DNA from: a virus
Taxonomy: Duplodnaviria; Caudoviricetes
IMG/VR virus record: IMGVR_UViG_3300010366_000006
Coordinates: 1-43,633 of that record
Length of the DNA: 43,633 nt
Reading direction: 5' to 3' (one strand)
Made by a program: the position numbers and the translations under genes. The notes under the pieces were generated by a model that did not search any database, was not told the origin of the DNA, and worked only from the letters and a program-made list of their open reading frames with translations. Shown here one piece after another: positions 27,667 to 35,545 of this stretch. How positions within the stretch are numbered: the stretch's first letter is position 1; every line of letters starts with the position of its first letter.

Positions 27667-27715
27667 CGAGCCGGCTGACGATCAGTGACGAAGCGGCCCG
27701 CGCACACTGCGCGGA
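27664..27715 (+). promoter_or_regulatory. Triple TGACGA-box leaderless promoter of the primase-helicase
   Basis: TGACGA-N6-TGACGA-N4-TGACGA-N11-CACACT-N7-ATG; shares GCGCACACTGCGC with the 24332 copy. Confidence 0.65.
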
Positions 27716-29638
27716 ATGACTGTCACCGACGTCAGCCCCCTCGGTGCGGCAGCGCTGCTCTATGCCGCGCTCGAGTGGCCTGTCATTCCGTTGCACAGCC
27801 CCGACGTCCACGGGGTGTGCGACTGCCGCCAGCCGGACGCTGGCGATCCCGAGAAGCATCCGATCGGCAAACATCCGCGCACCAGGCACGGGCTTGCGGA
27901 TGCCACGTGCAATACCGAAACCATCCGCAGGTGGTGGGGTATGTGGCCTCACGCGAATGTCGGGATCGACCTCGCACGGGCCGGCCTGGTCGACGTCGCA
28001 CCGGACTCGCTGGAGTGGTTCGCGGAATTCACCGCCCGCGGACTGCCGCCGACCTTACGTTACGCCTCGGGCGGCGGCGAGGGCCACGTCCACCACCTGT
28101 ACCTGCGGCCCGAGGGCTGCGCCGCGTACCGCGACACGCACAGCGGCGAGTACGACGTGCTGAGCGCCGGCTACGCGGTGGCACCGCCGTCGGTGCATCG
28201 CAGCCGTCGGCCGTATACGTGGCTGCACCCGTCCGACGGCGTGCTGCTGAACACGGCGACCGTGGCGGCGCCCGACTGGGTGGTCGGCATGCTGAACGCG
28301 CGCGTCCGCGGCAAGCAGGCGCGGACAGACCAGGAGCAGGTCGGCGATCCACCTGTCGACCTGCACGGCGAGGCGCTCGAGCGATGGCACGGGCGCCTTT
28401 TTGCGGTCAGGCCGGACGGCAGGGTCAATCGCTCCGACAGCCTGTGGTACCTCGCCGTCGGCCTGCTCGACGCGGGCTGCCGTCCGGCGTTCGTGGAGCA
28501 GCTGCTGGCTGAGACCGACGTGCGGCTGGGCTGGACAAAGTTCTCCGGGCGCCGCGACGCGCTCGAGCGCTACCGCGTCATCGTCGAGCACGCGGTCGCC
28601 GGGCGCGGTCCCGGACCGGTGCGGATCAGGTCGCAGCGCGTCGCCACCACTGATCAACTCGACCTGTTTCTGACGGCGGCCCAGCTGGCGGAGGTCGAGG
28701 ACGAGGAGATCCGCTGGTACGCTTTCGGCTACCTCGCTGGCGGGCTGGTGACAGAGCTCGACGGCAAGGTGAAGCAGGCCGGCAAGAGCACCTTCGTGTC
28801 GGCGCTGTGCCGCTGCATTCTCGAAGGCGAGCCGTGGCTCGACCAGGCGACGCGCTATGCGCCGATCGTGTACCTGACCGAGCAGAGCGCGCCGTCGTTC
28901 AAGCGGAATTTGAAGCGCAGCGGGCTGCTCGGCCGCAGCGACTTCCACATCCTGCTGTGGAGCAAGGTGCGCGGCTGGAAGTGGGAGGACGTGGTCACCC
29001 TGGCCCGCCGCAAGTGCGCCGCAGTGGGCGCCGGTATCCTGATCGTGGACACCCTCGGCCAGTTTTCGGGCGTACGCGGCGACGGCGAGAACTCGAGCGG
29101 CAACGCGCTGGTGGTGATGGAGCCGCTGCAAGCGGCTGCCGCCGACGGGCTGGCGGTGCTGGCCAGCCGCCACGACCGCAAGAGCGGCGGCGACGTCGGC
29201 GACAGCGGGCGCGGCTCGTCGGCGTTCACGGGCGCGGTCGACGTCGTGCTGCACCTGCAGCGCGTGCCGGGCGATCGCGCGGGCAAGGAGCGCCAGCGGC
29301 TGCTCGAGGCGATCTCGCGTTTCGAGGAGACCCCCGAGCAGACGCTGGTGGAGCTGAACGAGGATGAGCCATTCAGCTACCGCGCCATCGGCGACGTCGA
29401 GCAGGTGCGCTCGGTGCGGCTGCGCCAGGAGATCCTGGCGAACCTGTCGGTGGATCCCGACCTGGGCATGACCATCAGCGACCTGCGCGAGCTGTTGTCC
29501 TGCGACCGCAGCGCGCTGTCGAAGGCGCTCTGGGAGTTGATGAAGGATCGGCTCATCTGGCGCACCGGCGCGGGCAAAAACGGCGACCCCTACAAGTACT
29601 GTTTGCGCCCCCAGCAGGAGGCCGACGATGACGAGTAG
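27716..29638 (+). CDS. Bifunctional primase-polymerase (Prim-Pol) fused to a RecA-like AAA_25 helicase
   Basis: WPVIPL...GKHP...DAT...WW...ANVGI...VDV...HLY...VAPPS; Walker A AGKST, Walker B LIVDTL, HDRK...RGSSAF; C-terminal wHTH-like region. Confidence 0.9.
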   Translation: MTVTDVSPLGAAALLYAALEWPVIPLHSPDVHGVCDCRQPDAGDPEKHPIGKHPRTRHGLADATCNTETIRRWWGMWPHANVGIDLARAGLVDVAPDSLEWFAEFTARGLPPTLRYASGGGEGHVHHLYLRPEGCAAYRDTHSGEYDVLSAGYAVAPPSVHRSRRPYTWLHPSDGVLLNTATVAAPDWVVGMLNARVRGKQARTDQEQVGDPPVDLHGEALERWHGRLFAVRPDGRVNRSDSLWYLAVGLLDAGCRPAFVEQLLAETDVRLGWTKFSGRRDALERYRVIVEHAVAGRGPGPVRIRSQRVATTDQLDLFLTAAQLAEVEDEEIRWYAFGYLAGGLVTELDGKVKQAGKSTFVSALCRCILEGEPWLDQATRYAPIVYLTEQSAPSFKRNLKRSGLLGRSDFHILLWSKVRGWKWEDVVTLARRKCAAVGAGILIVDTLGQFSGVRGDGENSSGNALVVMEPLQAAAADGLAVLASRHDRKSGGDVGDSGRGSSAFTGAVDVVLHLQRVPGDRAGKERQRLLEAISRFEETPEQTLVELNEDEPFSYRAIGDVEQVRSVRLRQEILANLSVDPDLGMTISDLRELLSCDRSALSKALWELMKDRLIWRTGAGKNGDPYKYCLRPQQEADDDE

Positions 29639-29837
29639 CCCCCCATTTAAACCCGTATTCCGTATTGACCCTATAGATGAATACGGAATACGGGTTTACT
29701 GGCCCCCCAAAGTGGTCTGGGCGCGCGAGGCCGGCTGGCTGCGGGTGCGCGACCCGTGGGGCACCTGGCACGAGCTCCCGGCCCGCGAAGCGCCTGCCGG
29801 CTACCCGCGTCTGGCGAGCGAGGCGAAGCGGCGATGA
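29628..29837 (+). CDS. Hypothetical protein (69 aa)
   Basis: GGAGG SD; ATGA overlap with the methyltransferase; WLRVRDPWGTWHELPA. Confidence 0.5.
   Translation: MTSSPPFKPVFRIDPIDEYGIRVYWPPKVVWAREAGWLRVRDPWGTWHELPAREAPAGYPRLASEAKRR
29648..29698. repeat. 19-bp perfect inverted repeat (candidate replication origin)
   Basis: TAAACCCGTATTCCGTATT-N13-AATACGGAATACGGGTTTA. Confidence 0.85.
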
Positions 29838-30916
29838 AGGCGGTCAGCCTGTTCAGCGGCGTGGGCGGCTTCGAGCTCGGTTTCGAGCGGGCGGGCATCG
29901 AGACGGTGCTCCAGGTGGAGAAAGATCCGTGGTGCCTGAGCGTGCTCGAGCGCCACTGGCAGGAGGTCGAGCGAGTTGACGACGTACGCAAAGTGGACGC
30001 GGCCGCATGGGCCGGACGACGCCGAGACGTGGTCGGAGAGCGAGACGGCGCCGACGGTGAACGGCTGGGAGGAACGCCACGAGGTGCCGCCGGTGTTGAT
30101 CTCGTCTATGGCGGATTCCCCTGCCAGGATCTCAGCGTGGCCGGTCGGCGGCGCGGTTTTCGGGGCGAGCGCAGCAGTCTCTGGTTTGAGTTCGAGCGGG
30201 TGCTGTCCGAGCTGCGGCCACGCTGGGCAGTCGTTGAGAATGTTCCCGGACTGCTTAGCTCCGACTACGGCCGAGACTTCCACCGAGTACTTCTGGGCCT
30301 GGGGCAGCTCGGGTATGGTGTCGCCTGGCGAGTACTGGACGCGCGATTCTTCGGAGTCCCCCAGCGGCGCCGTCGCGTGTTCATTGTCGGCTGTCTTGGA
30401 GACGCGCAGCGTGCCGCGCAGGTACTGGCTGTCTGCGAAAGCTGCGGCGGGTATCCTCAGGCGCGCGGCGAAGCGCGAGAAGACGTTGCCCCGACGCTTG
30501 ATGACGGCGCTCGTAGAGCTGGCGTCGACCTGCCGATGATCGCCTTCGGCGGCGGCAACAACACGAGCGGCGAGATCGACGTCGCGTCGGCGCGCTCGAG
30601 CCGAGCGAACCGCTTCGACTTCGACACGGACACCTTCCTGGTCGCGGCGCCGGTGCGCGCGAGCGACGGTCACCACGGCCATTCGTCTGGCCGTGGTGAC
30701 GGAGCCGACAACTTCGTCGTGCAGCAGGGCGTGCGGCGCCTGACGCCGCTCGAGTGCGAGCGGCTGATGGGCTTCCCGGACGATCACACGCGCTACGCGG
30801 CCGACGGCAAAGAGATTCCTGACAGCCACCGCTACCGCATGTGCGGCAACGGCGTGGTGGCGCCGGTCGCCGAGTGGCTGGGCCATCGACTGGTGGAGGT
30901 CGACCGATGGCCGTGA
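29834..30916 (+). CDS. DNA (cytosine-5)-methyltransferase, 360 aa
   Basis: Motifs I LFSGVGG, IV GFPCQD, VI ENVPG, VIII QRRRRVF, IX RRLTPLECERLMGFPD, X GNGV. Confidence 0.95.
   Translation: MKAVSLFSGVGGFELGFERAGIETVLQVEKDPWCLSVLERHWQEVERVDDVRKVDAAAWAGRRRDVVGERDGADGERLGGTPRGAAGVDLVYGGFPCQDLSVAGRRRGFRGERSSLWFEFERVLSELRPRWAVVENVPGLLSSDYGRDFHRVLLGLGQLGYGVAWRVLDARFFGVPQRRRRVFIVGCLGDAQRAAQVLAVCESCGGYPQARGEAREDVAPTLDDGARRAGVDLPMIAFGGGNNTSGEIDVASARSSRANRFDFDTDTFLVAAPVRASDGHHGHSSGRGDGADNFVVQQGVRRLTPLECERLMGFPDDHTRYAADGKEIPDSHRYRMCGNGVVAPVAEWLGHRLVEVDRWP
29976..30539 (+). CDS. Nested +1-frame ORF resembling the M.EcoHK31I beta polypeptide (start uncertain: TTG 29976, GTG 30084 or ATG 30108)
   Basis: LRMFPDC...W.SSGM...GEYW....E.PS....CSLS.VLET...YWLS.KAAAGILRRA..R.K.LP. 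Confidence 0.65.
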   Translation: MTTYAKWTRPHGPDDAETWSESETAPTVNGWEERHEVPPVLISSMADSPARISAWPVGGAVFGASAAVSGLSSSGCCPSCGHAGQSLRMFPDCLAPTTAETSTEYFWAWGSSGMVSPGEYWTRDSSESPSGAVACSLSAVLETRSVPRRYWLSAKAAAGILRRAAKREKTLPRRLMTALVELASTCR

Positions 30917-31656
30917 TGCCGCACTGGAGTGCCACGCGCTTTATGACTTGGGATCAGTGCCCCGGCGAATTCAAGGCGCGCTACGTGGACGGGCAGAAAG
31001 TGCAGGTGACCGAGGCGATGGCGTTCGGCCAGGCGATGCACCTGGGGCTTGAGGCGCACTTCCACGGCGACGACGGCATCCGCGCTTTCCGCGCGGCGTG
31101 GAAGTCGTTTATCGCCGAGCTGCCGAGCGTCGATCCGAACCTGACGCGCGTCGGCATGGACCTGTTCGAGCAGGTCGTCGAGCTCGATCTGCACGGCGTG
31201 CCCGAGCGCGGCTTCTCCATCGACACCAACGACACGCTCCTGGCGCCCATCGTCGGCGCCATCGACCTGTGGGGCGCCGACGGGGTGACGTACGACTTCA
31301 AGACCACGCGCGGCGCGTGGTCGCAGGAGCGCGCGCAGAAAGAGGTGTGGCAGCCGGTGCTGTACACCTGGGCGCGCTGGCTGGAGGAGCCGGAGTACGG
31401 CGGCGACTTCGAGTACGTGGTCCTCAACCGCCTGACCGGCCAGCTGCAGCGCTTCCGCCGCGACTGGAGCGCGGACGACATCAACGTGCAGATGAACGCG
31501 GCGTGGGAGCGCATGCGCGCTATCGCCGACGACGTGGCGGCGGACCGCTACGTGTGCGCTGGGAAACACGGCTTCTGTCCCGAGTGCGGCGACCGCTGGG
31601 CCCACGAGCACGTGTGCGACCAGGCCGCGCGGGCCGGCATGCGGATCCGGCTGTGA
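30907..31656 (+). CDS. Cas4/RecB-like PD-(D/E)XK exonuclease (249 aa)
   Basis: SAT...CP...FGQAMH...E...GAIDL...DFKT...Q..LY and C-terminal Cys cluster (C...FCPEC). Confidence 0.85.
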   Translation: MAVMPHWSATRFMTWDQCPGEFKARYVDGQKVQVTEAMAFGQAMHLGLEAHFHGDDGIRAFRAAWKSFIAELPSVDPNLTRVGMDLFEQVVELDLHGVPERGFSIDTNDTLLAPIVGAIDLWGADGVTYDFKTTRGAWSQERAQKEVWQPVLYTWARWLEEPEYGGDFEYVVLNRLTGQLQRFRRDWSADDINVQMNAAWERMRAIADDVAADRYVCAGKHGFCPECGDRWAHEHVCDQAARAGMRIRL

Positions 31657-31668
31657 GAATCGATTCTC
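31655..31668. promoter_or_regulatory. 14-bp perfect palindrome at a gene junction (possible operator)
   Basis: GAGAATCGATTCTC. Confidence 0.35.
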
Positions 31669-31679
31669 TGGGCCGGGCA

Positions 31680-31868
31680 ATGCCGGACCGCGTGGTGGAC
31701 CGCACGCTGGTGCTGACCGAGGCAGGCCGTCGCTGGCTGGCGATGGAGTGGCTGGGTCTGGTCGAGACGGAGGACGACGACCTGCGCTGCCGCAACGGGC
31801 ACCGGCTGCGCAGTCCGCGCGGGTACTGTTCGGCGTGCTCGATTCTGAATCAGCGGAGGGACGCGTGA
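31680..31868 (+). CDS. Small Zn-finger-like protein (62 aa)
   Basis: CRNGH...CSAC. Confidence 0.55.
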   Translation: MPDRVVDRTLVLTEAGRRWLAMEWLGLVETEDDDLRCRNGHRLRSPRGYCSACSILNQRRDA

Positions 31869-32134
31869 AGCACTACCTGAAGCCGCAGTGCAAACACAAA
31901 TGCCGCTTCGTCCAGGTGACGGAGGAGCTCTGGTTATGCCCGCACGCCGCGTACGGCGCCGCCTCCTACTTGAGCGGCGCGATCGCCGACGCACGCGCCT
32001 TGCTCGAGCGGGCCGGCGGGTACGACGCCGTGCTCAAACGCATCGTCGAGCGCGAAGAGGAGCAACGGGCCGCGGCGCGCGAGCGCACCCAGTCGAAGTC
32101 GCGGCGCCTGGCGGAATCCGTCCGCTACGAGTGA
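31865..32134 (+). CDS. Hypothetical protein (89 aa)
   Basis: GGAGG SD, GTGA overlap; CKHKC...CPH. Confidence 0.55.
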   Translation: MKHYLKPQCKHKCRFVQVTEELWLCPHAAYGAASYLSGAIADARALLERAGGYDAVLKRIVEREEEQRAAARERTQSKSRRLAESVRYE

Positions 32135-32141
32135 CGCGGGC

Positions 32142-32357
32142 ATGCCGGATCGGTCTGATTACGCGGCGCGTCGGATCACGGAAACAGTCGAACGCTGGGA
32201 CGCGTGCGTGCTGTGTCAGCTGCGGCACGTGACGCCGGCGCTGCTCGCGTTGCGCCACCTGGGCGAGCCGTACGACACGGTCTGCAACGACTGTGCCGTG
32301 CGCGTGCTCCAGCTGGCGGAACACATGGCGCCGGTGGCGGTCGACCGTGGCGTCTAG
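32142..32357 (+). CDS. Small Zn-finger-like protein (71 aa)
   Basis: CVLC...CNDC. Confidence 0.55.
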   Translation: MPDRSDYAARRITETVERWDACVLCQLRHVTPALLALRHLGEPYDTVCNDCAVRVLQLAEHMAPVAVDRGV

Positions 32358-32898
32358 CGTGTGGCACCGCGTGAAGTCGTCGGATCCGATCGCCCGCGCG
32401 TTGCGCGATCGGCATTACTCCACCAAACACCCCGGTGGACGCACGGTCGGGCCGCCCGGGCGTCGACTGGTACTCGTGTCCGACGACGAGCACGCGCTGT
32501 GGGTGACCCACTGGCCGGACTCGAAGCTGGTGCTGGATGGCATCGACGCGCTGCGCTGTACGGTCTTTCGCCGCGAGGGGCGGCGCCGCGAGCGTGCGTC
32601 GGTTCTGATCGCGGCCGCCATGACGCTGTCCGAGGCGCACTTCGGGCCAGCGCCGCAAGGCTGGCTGACGTACGTCGAGCCGTCGAAGGTACGCAGCCAG
32701 GAGCCGGGCTACTGTTTCAAGATGGCCGGCTTCGAGCTGGACGCGGCGTTCACGCACAGGCGGCTGATCCGGCTGCGCCGCGGGGCGGTGGGGGCGCACA
32801 GCGGCCCCCTGCTGCTGACGGGCGACAGGGGGCCGCTGGCGATCCCGGGGAGAACCGTGAGCGCCAGTCTACGCCAGCTGGCGCTCGAGTTCGCGTAG
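32347..32898 (+). CDS. Putative Mom-like GNAT-fold DNA modification protein (about 183 aa)
   Basis: DRHYS...PG..LVL...C.VFR.E...SVLI...LTYVE....S..PGYCFKMAGF resembles the Mom-family C-terminal signature. Confidence 0.5.
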   Translation: MASSVWHRVKSSDPIARALRDRHYSTKHPGGRTVGPPGRRLVLVSDDEHALWVTHWPDSKLVLDGIDALRCTVFRREGRRRERASVLIAAAMTLSEAHFGPAPQGWLTYVEPSKVRSQEPGYCFKMAGFELDAAFTHRRLIRLRRGAVGAHSGPLLLTGDRGPLAIPGRTVSASLRQLALEFA

Positions 32899-33063
32899 CG
32901 CCAGGTACAGGTACGGCGGCACGTTGTGGGTGCCGGCTTCCCAGCGCTGCACCGCCAGCCACGTGACGCCGAGGAGCTCCCCCAGCGCGCGCTGGCTCAG
33001 GTTGTGTTCGATGCGCCACTGGCGCAGGTCGGTGCGCGCGTCTTCGAGCGACAGCATCGTCAT
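32869..33063 (-). CDS. XRE/Cro-family HTH regulator (64 aa)
   Basis: LRQWRIEHNLSQRALGELLGVTWLAVQRWEAG. Confidence 0.85.
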   Translation of the reverse strand: MTMLSLEDARTDLRQWRIEHNLSQRALGELLGVTWLAVQRWEAGTHNVPPYLYLALRELERQLA

Positions 33064-33070
33064 ACGCGTG

Positions 33071-33226
33071 TCACCAGCCCACCGGATCGCCGGTGTGCCG
33101 CGGCTGCGGGTGGCGGCGCTGCCACAGCGCGCGGACGAGCTTCCACAGCAGCACGGGCGACCACAGGATCAGCCACGCCGCGGTGCTGAACGCGGCCCAG
33201 AACAGCAGGCTAGAGAGCGGGCTCAT
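33071..33226 (-). CDS. Small membrane protein (51 aa)
   Basis: MSPLSSLLFWAAFSTAAWLILWSPVLLWKL; ATGA overlap. Confidence 0.5.
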   Translation of the reverse strand: MSPLSSLLFWAAFSTAAWLILWSPVLLWKLVRALWQRRHPQPRHTGDPVGW

Positions 33227-33468
33227 GGCTCGAGCCTGCGGAACGGAATCGGTTCGTCGTCGGTCGGCGTGACTTCGTGCGCGAACACGGTCACCTCGCG
33301 TCCGTCCGGCGTGCGGCAGACGAGCATCGGCTCGACGCGCAGCACGACCAGTCGCGTCTGTGCCGCGTCCAGGACTGCCACGACGGTGGTGCCCGGGCGC
33401 AGCACCTTCGGGTCGACGTAGCCCGGAATTTTGAACGCCGATTCTTCGAGCTGGGGTTGATCGTTCAT
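33223..33468 (-). CDS. Hypothetical protein (81 aa)
   Basis: ATGA overlap; MNDQPQLEES... Confidence 0.55.
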   Translation of the reverse strand: MNDQPQLEESAFKIPGYVDPKVLRPGTTVVAVLDAAQTRLVVLRVEPMLVCRTPDGREVTVFAHEVTPTDDEPIPFRRLEP

Positions 33469-33965
33469 GGGTGGGGTGCCTTGTCGTCGACGCCCGGCTG
33501 CCAGTCCCAGTACCCGGGGTGGGTGCGATCGAATTCGCGCGCGCGCTCGAATGCATCCGAGCGCAGGAATGCCGCGCGCTCGGCGCCGAGCACTTCGTCG
33601 CACGGGTGATCGCCGATGCCGTGGTCGGGATCGACGCACGGCGTTCGCGTGCTCGCTTCGTACATGGCGACGAGCCGGGCGAACACGTGGTTCACCACGT
33701 CGCGCTCGAACGGATCCGTGCGCGTCTCGACGTCAGCCTGTGTTTCGGCGATGAAGTCCGGCAGGTCGGCTGTCGGGATCGGCAGCCGGTCGTCGGCCGC
33801 GTCGTGCGGCGGCAGCGTGCCGGAGCGATCGCCGGGTTCGAGCTTGAGGCGTGCCTGGCAGAATGGGCAATGGGCAAACGGCAGAAACGTATCGAACGGA
33901 CCGCGTTCGATGTCGGTTGCCCAGACAAGCGAGCCGGGGCACGTGAGTAGTGAAGGGGTGTACAT
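33465..33965 (-). CDS. Hypothetical Cys/His protein (166 aa)
   Basis: Start preceded by GAGGATCGGCACCC; CPGS...CPFC...PPH. Confidence 0.6.
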   Translation of the reverse strand: MYTPSLLTCPGSLVWATDIERGPFDTFLPFAHCPFCQARLKLEPGDRSGTLPPHDAADDRLPIPTADLPDFIAETQADVETRTDPFERDVVNHVFARLVAMYEASTRTPCVDPDHGIGDHPCDEVLGAERAAFLRSDAFERAREFDRTHPGYWDWQPGVDDKAPHP

Positions 33966-33979
33966 GGGTGCCGATCCTC

Positions 33980-34540
33980 TCAGGCGCCGAGCCACGCCCG
34001 GGTGAGCGGGCCGGGCTCGCCGGGATCGGGCAGCGGATCCTCTTGCGGTGCGTAGCCTTCACAGTCGCACGGCTCGCCGCTGGCGCTGTTCACCCCGTCG
34101 CAGAATGCAGCCGGTTTGCGATCCGGATAGAAGGCGTGCGAGGCATACGGGTGATCGCACCATCGGCACGGGTCCGTGGCCTCGTCCGGGTCCGGTCCCT
34201 CACCGGTGTAGTGCCAGTGCTCGCGCGTGTCGACGCACTGTTCGGCGAAGTGGTGCCACGCGAAGATGTCCTCACCGCCCCGGCGGAGGGTGACGAAGTA
34301 CTCGCCATCCTCATCCGGTCCGTCGAGATGCCATTCGCTCCCGGGGATATTGCCCGTACCGAACAGGCCGGAATGCGCCTCCGTCGCGTTCACGGCGACC
34401 TGAGCCAGCGCATCCTGGCGGTCCGTGTGTGTAGAGACGCTGCCTTCGGGACTGTGCTCGCCGGCCTGTCGGCAGCCGACGTGCCAGTGGGGGAATGCCA
34501 GCGTGACGCCAGCGTAGCGGGGGAATTCGATGTGTTCCAT
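33980..34540 (-). CDS. Hypothetical Cys/His-rich protein (186 aa)
   Basis: Start preceded by GAGGATTGGTACCCA; CRWCDH...H...C...CDC.GY. Confidence 0.6.
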   Translation of the reverse strand: MEHIEFPRYAGVTLAFPHWHVGCRQAGEHSPEGSVSTHTDRQDALAQVAVNATEAHSGLFGTGNIPGSEWHLDGPDEDGEYFVTLRRGGEDIFAWHHFAEQCVDTREHWHYTGEGPDPDEATDPCRWCDHPYASHAFYPDRKPAAFCDGVNSASGEPCDCEGYAPQEDPLPDPGEPGPLTRAWLGA

Positions 34541-34563
34541 TGGGTACCAATCCTCTGTGTGGC

Positions 34564-34644
34564 TCAGGCCGCGCGGCGGCAGTGCGCGACGCGGCAGGCG
34601 AAACAAACTTCCAGGTGACGCGTGACGCGCGTCCAGACGTGCAT
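34564..34644 (-). CDS. 26-aa micro-protein with CxxC
   Basis: MHVWTRVTRHLEVCFACRVAHCRRAA; has its own GAGGATCGGCACCC start box. Confidence 0.5.
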   Translation of the reverse strand: MHVWTRVTRHLEVCFACRVAHCRRAA

Positions 34645-34678
34645 GGGTGCCGATCCTCTGTGGGTGAACGCTCCGGGC

Positions 34679-35524
34679 CTACGCGGCCCGGGCAATGGCG
34701 TAGTGGTCGACGTCACACGCGGCGTTCGGATCCGTGGTCGAGCACGCGACGTCGCGTACGTCGACCACAAAGCCGCTTGTGTCGTGTTTGGCCGACTCGC
34801 CTTTGGCGCGCAGCCCGGCGATCACGTTCGGCGGGTCGAGAAAGCGCAGGTCGTCGGTGTCCGCGTCGATCACCCGGTAGCCGTGCCAGAACGCGGGCAG
34901 CGGATCCGCCGGGCGGCGACTGTGCTTTGTGCGCGCATTGAACACGACCGCCACATTGCCGCCGGCGGCGAGCACGCGAACGCAGTCCGCCTCATTGATT
35001 TCCGAACGCGAGAACGTCAGGTGGTAGTTGGCCGGGTGCTCGCCGGCGGCATTCGCCAGAGCACGCCGCACGTTCTTGGTGTAGTCGTAGAACTGAACAT
35101 CCGGGAACGTTTCGAGCACGGTCCGGCCGTCGTTGAGCCGCAGCTTTTCCCACGGCAGGTCGGACGTTCCGTTGAGCCGGACGCACGGCGTCATTCCCTT
35201 GCGCCCGGCCCGGTCGATGTGGGATTGAATCTCGCGTACGAGCCGGGCATTGAACGCGAAGCGGCTAAAGCGAAACCATCGGGTGCGATTGATGCGCGCC
35301 GCCGGCACCTCCGGGTCAAACCCGCCGCGACCGGCCTTGTACAGGCAGACGTCACGGCAGCCATCGGACGCGTACTGGCAAACGTTGAGCACGCCGGACG
35401 CGTCCGAAGGTGCCAGATACAGCACAGCCGTCGCGTAATTGCGCAAGTGACCCTTGTCAGTCTTGGGGTTGTAGCCGTCGGGCGTCAGCAAATCGTGAAA
35501 CGTGCCGATGTCGAGTGTTTCCAT
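34679..35524 (-). CDS. gp88-like phage protein with a radical-SAM-like Cys motif (281 aa)
   Basis: NPKT.KG, NVC..AS.GC...CL..AGRG, VRLNGTSDL, FYDYTK, YHLTFS, D..DLRFLD, L.AKG. Confidence 0.65.
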   Translation of the reverse strand: METLDIGTFHDLLTPDGYNPKTDKGHLRNYATAVLYLAPSDASGVLNVCQYASDGCRDVCLYKAGRGGFDPEVPAARINRTRWFRFSRFAFNARLVREIQSHIDRAGRKGMTPCVRLNGTSDLPWEKLRLNDGRTVLETFPDVQFYDYTKNVRRALANAAGEHPANYHLTFSRSEINEADCVRVLAAGGNVAVVFNARTKHSRRPADPLPAFWHGYRVIDADTDDLRFLDPPNVIAGLRAKGESAKHDTSGFVVDVRDVACSTTDPNAACDVDHYAIARAA

Positions 35525-35545
35525 GATGGGTGCCAATCCTCAGAA

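Noticed and set aside
30907-31656. CRISPR-Cas locus suggested by the Cas4-like nuclease
   Set aside because: No repeat-spacer array or other cas genes seen; solo Cas4-like exonucleases are common in phage recombination modules
32927-32935. Isolated GGCACCC heptamers inside coding regions (e.g. here and near 35986)
   Set aside because: A 7-mer this GC-rich is expected many times by chance; only extended or start-linked copies were counted
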